Of a stretch of 64,000 bases of DNA, positions 58,321 to 64,000 are shown piece by piece. A model generated the notes under the pieces. The model was not told the origin of the DNA. It did not search any database and saw only the letters and a list, made by a program, of their open reading frames with translations. The stretch covers positions 1 through 64,000 of the IMG/VR virus record IMGVR_UViG_3300030110_004304, one strand, 5' to 3'. The number at the start of each line of letters is the position of its first letter. Position 1 is the stretch's first letter. A program made the position numbers and the translations under genes. The DNA is from a virus.

Positions 58321-61300
58321 AAGTTGCGTAAGTTTAAGTAGTCCAGAATTTAAGAATCTTCTAGAAGAAACTGGTAAAGATATGTTAGAGTTAGCCGCTG
58401 AAGTATCCAGATGGCAAGATGCTAACGGTGTAGAGAATTTTCCAAACCGTGCTCAATTAGAAGATTATTTTTACGAAGAACTTCCTAAAGACATTATTTC
58501 AAAATCTGTTTTGGAAAATATGGGATTTCCTACTGGATCAAGAACAAGCTTAGCTATAGCTTCCGCAAGAAAAGCTCAACAAGATGGTAAATTTAATAAT
58601 CTGGAAGAGGGTATAAATTGGGTTCAAGAAAATCTTGTAAAAACAAAGAAAGAAGATAATCTATATTACCAAAACAGAATAAACGCCAGAACCAGAGCAA
58701 AGAAAAAACTAATCAAGTTAGGAATAATAGATAGATATAATAATATTATAGAAGGACAGCTGGGGGAGTTTAGAAGAAAAGGAAGAGAATGGTCAAACTA
58801 CTATATACAAAAAGGAGTACTAAAACAAGGAGAACAGTTAATAGTAGATGAAAGAGGTAGTAAAGCTTTTTTCAATGAAGACTTTTTTAAGAGGGTAGAC
58901 CAAGCTAATTTTCAATTAGAAAAACAATCTGGATTAGCACCTAATGAAGACTTAAACTTAAAGTTAGAAGCTTGGGCAGAGAAACACGGCATAAGTATAG
59001 TGGCCATGGAAACTCTAAAGAAAAGGCTAGAAGGATCTGGAAGATATGTAGACGGAGCAATAGGTGTAGCAGATATTGCAAACCAACTAATAGGTATTGC
59101 ACAAAAACAAGCTGATATTACTACATTACCTGAAGAAGTAGCTCACTTCGCAATAGAGTTATTATTAGAAGATATCTCCGTTCAAAGAGCATTATTAGCA
59201 GTTACTGAAACGCAAACATATGCAGACGTAAAAGAACAGTATAAAGATATCTACACTACTGAAGAACAATTTAGAAAAGAGGCTTTAGGTAAAGTTTTAG
59301 CAGAAGAAATTATAAATAAGAATAAAGAGGACGTAAGTAATAAAGGAGTAAGAGGATATTTAAATGGAATAAAACAAAAGTTTAGTAGATGGATAAATAA
59401 AACATTTGGAAACCAGACTACTAGGGACGAGTTGAAAGAAATTTTAGCTCCAATTGCCTCAACGATTTTAAAAGGAGAGTATTTAGGAGATGTTAATTCT
59501 TTAGAAGGAGATCCTTTTTATTCTCTAGAAGAAGAAAGCGATAAAATTATAGACGTAGACTCTAAGGTAGAAGAGATAATGCAGAATGCAGAGTTTATAA
59601 AACCTTCTGATAGTGAAGGAAATATAGTAGACGCTTCTGAAGCTACTAATTATATTAATACTAGAACCGGAGAGGTCTATGAAAGAGTAACTAGTTATAT
59701 AAAAGGACCTGTTTCCGAAAGCTCTCTCTTAGATACTGCTAATTTATTAGGAAATAAGGCTGATGAATTTGTTAGAGATTTCTTTTCTGGAGCAATGAAG
59801 GACTTAAGTGAATATGATTTAGCACCAAATGTAGAATTGCAAAAATTCTTAGAATCTTTATCAATACTTAAAGCCCAGTTTACTGCTAATGGAGAAAAAG
59901 TAATAGCTAATGGTATTACTTTATATGACGAAAATCTAGGAATAGCAGGAACAGTTGATCTTTTAACATATGATAATAAAGGAAACTTTAGAATCTATGA
60001 TATGAAAACTATGAGGGGTAACCAACTAAAGACTACTTATAAAGGGGACCCTAGAAATGTAAAATATGATAGTACTCTATATGGTCAATCTAATAGAGAA
60101 TCTCATATGAGACAACTATCCTTATACAGAATCTTATTAAATAATACACACGGAGTAAAAGCAAAAGAATTAGGAGTAATTCCTATAGTCTTTCCTAAGT
60201 ATCAAGCAGGTACAACTTCTGTATCTTCTGTTAATATTCCAAGAAATGGAAATGTTGTTTCTATAATAGGACATAAAGCTCTAGATAAAGTTGAAGATGC
60301 TGAATTAGATTTAGAAGAAACTATAGAAGACTTTGATGCTGAATTTATAGAAAATCCTCTAGATATCAGTGAGAACGAAATGAAATTAAAGTTCTTAAAT
60401 GATGCTATAAGTAGTTTAAAAAGCAGAAGAAAAGCATTACAAACTAAAGGTAAAAAACAAAAATCTAAAGAATTAACTAAAGAAATATTTAAAATTGAAA
60501 AGAAAATAGCTTTAGGAGAATTAGATGCAGGGATACAAGGATTACTGTTGCTAGCAAAAAGTGAGACAGATAGTATTAGAGAAACTCTAAACGGGTATAG
60601 AAAACAGGGAGCATTTGCAGATACAAGTATTTTAAAAATGTCAAAAGACTTTTTAGATATGTATGACGGACTGTTTACTTCATTACTTGCAGAAATGAAT
60701 ATGTGGATTCCATCAACGGATACTATGGAATTACAGACAGAAGTAGAAGATTTCAGAGCTGATATACAAAAAATACGAGATATTAATTTAGGATTAATAA
60801 GAAGAAATGTTGTATCTAAATTAGATTCTGAAAATAGAAATGCTTTCGGAGAAGTAATAGATCCTACTTTTGATGCTAAAGATATTTACAGAGAAACAGA
60901 AGCAGATGCTTCTTGGTGGAGAGTCTTAACAGGAAGTTATTCTAATTCTAGTAGTAATATATTAAAGATTGCTATGAAAATGATTAAAAGAGGTATCAAT
61001 TCTGTTAAAAGATTTACAATAGAAACTGGTAGAGATTTAATTATTTTAAAAGATGAGTTTAATAAAGCAGGATTTAAACAAGAAGATCTTGTTGAAGTAA
61101 ATAATGAAGGTAAAAAAGGAGCTTTTATAGTTTCAGAATATAACAGACATAGGTTTCAAGAAGATTTAGATGCTGTTAGAGCAGAAGTAGCTAGTAAATT
61201 AGGATTTGAGTCTTTTGAAGAAATTATAGTAACATCTTTATCTAAGAAAGAAGCAGACTATTATACCAGGGCTATTAAAAATTTCTACACAGAGAATACT

Positions 61301-63472
61301 CAAAAAATAGGAGTAGAAGAAGAAACTGTGGGAGGACAAAAATTAATTATTCAGAAAATAGTACCAGCACAAAAATATTATAATAAGGAGTTTGCTAAAA
61401 ATATGGAAAACGAAGCGTTTGCCAATTACTATAATCTTTTATTAGAGACTAAAAAAGAAGCCTTAGCAAAATTACCTACTAATTATCAAAATGAAAATGC
61501 TATGTATTTGCTCCCCCAAATAAGAAGAACTTTCATGGAGAGGTTAGGTAATAAGAATCAAAGTTTCTTAAAAAATATGCTTCAAATTGGAGAAGATTCT
61601 TTTTTATTAGATGCTGATGATACTCAATTTGGAGATTTAAGTAATATAAAAGCTAAAACTGTTCCTATTTTCTTTAATAACAGGATGAGAACAGACTCAG
61701 ATATTTCTTACGATCTAGCAAATACTTATACTCACTATGCTGAAATGGCAGAAAACTTTAAGAGCATGAATAAGCTTGCTCCTGATTTAGAAAATATATT
61801 AACAACAGTAGGAGAAAGAACTTATATTAAAGGAAAGTTTAAAAAAGAAAAGAAAGAAGGTAAAGAGTCTAACGAATATAGAGCATTAGAAGGTATGTTA
61901 GATTTTTTAGTTTATGGTAAAGAAAGAGAAGTTAATGCTTCTGGAGTAATAGGAGACTCTTGGGTAGCTAAAAAATTAGGAGTAAATGGTAAAAGAGTAT
62001 CTTGGACTAAAGTTTCTCAAAAATTTGCAAGTTATATCAGAACAAATAACTTGGCATTTAACTTAGTAACCTCTACTGCAGGTTTAGTTAAAGGTAGTAT
62101 CGATTCTCATATAGAAGATATGGTGGGTATTTATACTACACCAGAAAGTAAACTTTGGGCCCGAGGAGAGCTCCTTAAAAACCTATCAGCAGTAATGGCT
62201 CAAATAGGTAATCCAAAACAAACTAATAAAATGCATCTTATTTTAGAGCAAAATGATATAGTAGATCTTGGAAGAAGCTTAAAAGATTCAGAAAAAAATA
62301 GAATAACTAGAAAAATAGTCAATAAAGATTTTTTCTTTACTAATTATATGATGGCTGATTATGTAATGAAAGGAAACATTACTCTAGCAGTATATGATAA
62401 CTATAGATTAGTAGGGGATAGATTTGTTACTAAACAACAATTTGTTAATACAAAAAGAGAAGAAAATTCAGAAATTGATAATAAAACAATAGATGCTGAA
62501 TGGAAAGAGCTTAGAAGTAAAAACTTATACTCAGCTTTTGAGATGGTAAATGATAAGCTTGTAATAAAAGAAGAATATAAAAATATTGTTACTGAAGATG
62601 TATTAGACATAGTTAAAAATAGAATAACTCAAATAGCTGCTCAAGTAGACGGAGTTATATCTCCAGAAGATAAAGGAGCATTAGCTAGAACTATATTAGG
62701 AGATTTTGTCTTAATGCATAGAGGATGGTTTTTATCTGGTATAGACAACAGGCTTAAAAAATCAGGAATGAATTATCAAACTGAAGAGCATGAAGTTGGT
62801 TATTATAGAGCATTTGGTAGTTTTATAAAGAAATTTTGGGCAGAAGAAGGACCAGGATTACAAGCAAGATTTGCTTCTTGGGATAAATTAAGTGCCGCAG
62901 AAAAAAGAGGTGTTAAGAAAACAGTATTAGATCTTGTTTATATGCAGGCTATAGCAATTATTGCAGCAATGATTGGAAAAGCAGCAGATGATGATCCAGA
63001 TGATTTTACATTAAACTTTGCTGCTTATCAAATGAACAGAATACTATTAGAACAAAAAGCTTTCATTACGCCTAAAGAACTAATAGAAATTATGGATGAG
63101 CCTGTAGTAGGAGCAAGAACAGTGAGAGAGTTAATGACTATTAGTGATGCCTTAAACTGGTCAGAAACTTACGAAAAAGGAATGTATAAAGGACAATCAC
63201 ATGCTTCAAGATGGTGGCAAAGAAGATTTCCTACTAGAAATTTATACGAATTACAATTCCCAAAACAGAAAAACAGATTCATAAAATCTATATTAGACTC
63301 ACCAACTTATAATTTTTATGCAAAAGATGATATGGATTTAGGAAGTTTCTTGGGAATAAGTGGCTTTTCTAATATCTTTGCAGATGAGAACGCCTCAGAC
63401 GGATCTCCTAATAGAAGTTATAGTGACTCAGAACTAGAGCTCTTATTAGATTTAAATAGTGAGGATGAATAA
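58313..63472 (+). CDS. Large cargo-type protein with degenerate zincin and PD-(D/E)XK nuclease domain
   Basis: PEEVAH...EALGK; GTVDLL...IYDMKT...QLSLY; C-terminal hydrophobic helix; adjacent to the RNAP. Confidence 0.75.
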   Translation: MAKSCVSLSSPEFKNLLEETGKDMLELAAEVSRWQDANGVENFPNRAQLEDYFYEELPKDIISKSVLENMGFPTGSRTSLAIASARKAQQDGKFNNLEEGINWVQENLVKTKKEDNLYYQNRINARTRAKKKLIKLGIIDRYNNIIEGQLGEFRRKGREWSNYYIQKGVLKQGEQLIVDERGSKAFFNEDFFKRVDQANFQLEKQSGLAPNEDLNLKLEAWAEKHGISIVAMETLKKRLEGSGRYVDGAIGVADIANQLIGIAQKQADITTLPEEVAHFAIELLLEDISVQRALLAVTETQTYADVKEQYKDIYTTEEQFRKEALGKVLAEEIINKNKEDVSNKGVRGYLNGIKQKFSRWINKTFGNQTTRDELKEILAPIASTILKGEYLGDVNSLEGDPFYSLEEESDKIIDVDSKVEEIMQNAEFIKPSDSEGNIVDASEATNYINTRTGEVYERVTSYIKGPVSESSLLDTANLLGNKADEFVRDFFSGAMKDLSEYDLAPNVELQKFLESLSILKAQFTANGEKVIANGITLYDENLGIAGTVDLLTYDNKGNFRIYDMKTMRGNQLKTTYKGDPRNVKYDSTLYGQSNRESHMRQLSLYRILLNNTHGVKAKELGVIPIVFPKYQAGTTSVSSVNIPRNGNVVSIIGHKALDKVEDAELDLEETIEDFDAEFIENPLDISENEMKLKFLNDAISSLKSRRKALQTKGKKQKSKELTKEIFKIEKKIALGELDAGIQGLLLLAKSETDSIRETLNGYRKQGAFADTSILKMSKDFLDMYDGLFTSLLAEMNMWIPSTDTMELQTEVEDFRADIQKIRDINLGLIRRNVVSKLDSENRNAFGEVIDPTFDAKDIYRETEADASWWRVLTGSYSNSSSNILKIAMKMIKRGINSVKRFTIETGRDLIILKDEFNKAGFKQEDLVEVNNEGKKGAFIVSEYNRHRFQEDLDAVRAEVASKLGFESFEEIIVTSLSKKEADYYTRAIKNFYTENTQKIGVEEETVGGQKLIIQKIVPAQKYYNKEFAKNMENEAFANYYNLLLETKKEALAKLPTNYQNENAMYLLPQIRRTFMERLGNKNQSFLKNMLQIGEDSFLLDADDTQFGDLSNIKAKTVPIFFNNRMRTDSDISYDLANTYTHYAEMAENFKSMNKLAPDLENILTTVGERTYIKGKFKKEKKEGKESNEYRALEGMLDFLVYGKEREVNASGVIGDSWVAKKLGVNGKRVSWTKVSQKFASYIRTNNLAFNLVTSTAGLVKGSIDSHIEDMVGIYTTPESKLWARGELLKNLSAVMAQIGNPKQTNKMHLILEQNDIVDLGRSLKDSEKNRITRKIVNKDFFFTNYMMADYVMKGNITLAVYDNYRLVGDRFVTKQQFVNTKREENSEIDNKTIDAEWKELRSKNLYSAFEMVNDKLVIKEEYKNIVTEDVLDIVKNRITQIAAQVDGVISPEDKGALARTILGDFVLMHRGWFLSGIDNRLKKSGMNYQTEEHEVGYYRAFGSFIKKFWAEEGPGLQARFASWDKLSAAEKRGVKKTVLDLVYMQAIAIIAAMIGKAADDDPDDFTLNFAAYQMNRILLEQKAFITPKELIEIMDEPVVGARTVRELMTISDALNWSETYEKGMYKGQSHASRWWQRRFPTRNLYELQFPKQKNRFIKSILDSPTYNFYAKDDMDLGSFLGISGFSNIFADENASDGSPNRSYSDSELELLLDLNSEDE

Positions 63473-63498
63473 ACGACAAATTTTTTAAAGGCCAAGTA

Positions 63499-63876
63499 AT
63501 GAAAATAAATGAGAGCACTGAAGTTAAGTTAGATCTTAAAACAATAGCTACTGTGATAATAATAACTGCTTCTTTTGTAGGTATGTATTTTACTTTACAA
63601 GCAGATATCGAAGAAGCTAAAAAATTACCTCCTAATGAAATAAACAGAATAGAGTATGATTTAAATAAACAAGCACTACAAAAAGAAATCGATGATTTAT
63701 CCGATAGAGTTACTGATGCAGAAGATTTAGTAGAAACAATGTTTAGATTAGGATTAGAATTAGATAAAGAACTACATAAGATAGATGCTAGTTATGATAG
63801 TCACATGGATCAGAAAATAAAAGAAATAGAAAATCAAATCAAAAATAAGTCTAATAAAAAAAGAAAAAATAGATGA
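63499..63876 (+). CDS. Membrane-anchored coiled-coil protein
   Basis: N-terminal TM (IATVIIITASFVGMYF) followed by a heptad coil. Confidence 0.65.
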   Translation: MKINESTEVKLDLKTIATVIIITASFVGMYFTLQADIEEAKKLPPNEINRIEYDLNKQALQKEIDDLSDRVTDAEDLVETMFRLGLELDKELHKIDASYDSHMDQKIKEIENQIKNKSNKKRKNR

Positions 63877-64000
63877 GAGATTATTTAAGATGGTTCTTTA
63901 CAGAACATATAAAAAATGGAAGAGGTAAGCTAAAGTTAGTAGCTACAATATATGGTGTGTTTCAAATAATATATGCTACTCCATTAATTCTCGAAGAATA
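63873..64000 (+). CDS. Partial ORF running off the window end
   Basis: ATGA overlap; MRDYLRWFFTEHIKNGRGKLKLVATIYGVFQII... is open to the end. Confidence 0.5.
   Translation, partial: MRDYLRWFFTEHIKNGRGKLKLVATIYGVFQIIYATPLILEE

Noticed and set aside
52-62610. Short minus-strand and alternate-frame ORFs in the track
   Set aside because: They lie within long + strand genes, and their Phe/Ser/Leu-rich composition mirrors the sense codons (shadow ORFs).
1-64000. Stop-codon reassignment as in some gut crAss-like phages
   Set aside because: Giant ORFs are uninterrupted in code 11, and both TGA (e.g. 953, 3230) and TAG (339, 45651) appear as gene-ending stops.

Overview
The window is the virion-morphogenesis and ejection half of a crAss-like phage genome (order Crassvirales). 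It is AT-rich, uses standard code 11, and all credible genes are on the + strand. The host is probably Bacteroidota, judging from TAnnTTTG promoter boxes and A-rich leaders without Shine-Dalgarno sites. Gene order: small wHTH/HU-like genes, TerS?, TerL, portal, scaffold, major capsid, ring and auxiliary capsid proteins, a holin-like pair, tail hub and fibre genes, amidase-holin-u-spanin, a metallophosphoesterase, ring proteins and muzzle, then about 31 kb of giant cargo (ejection) proteins, including a 4210-aa virion RNA polymerase (DFDIDK). The most striking feature is in two adjacent cargo proteins (32435-42380). They are punctuated by about 25 copies of a short aromatic/Met-x-(N/H/Y/K)-G-G motif, often followed by (D/N)PP. 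These motifs separate cassettes that look like two zincins, two NlpC/P60-like hydrolases, a GH108-like muramidase, a pre-toxin-like unit and basic micro-domains, suggesting a modular, possibly proteolytically processed, injected payload. All assignments come from motif reading and synteny; no database search was run.
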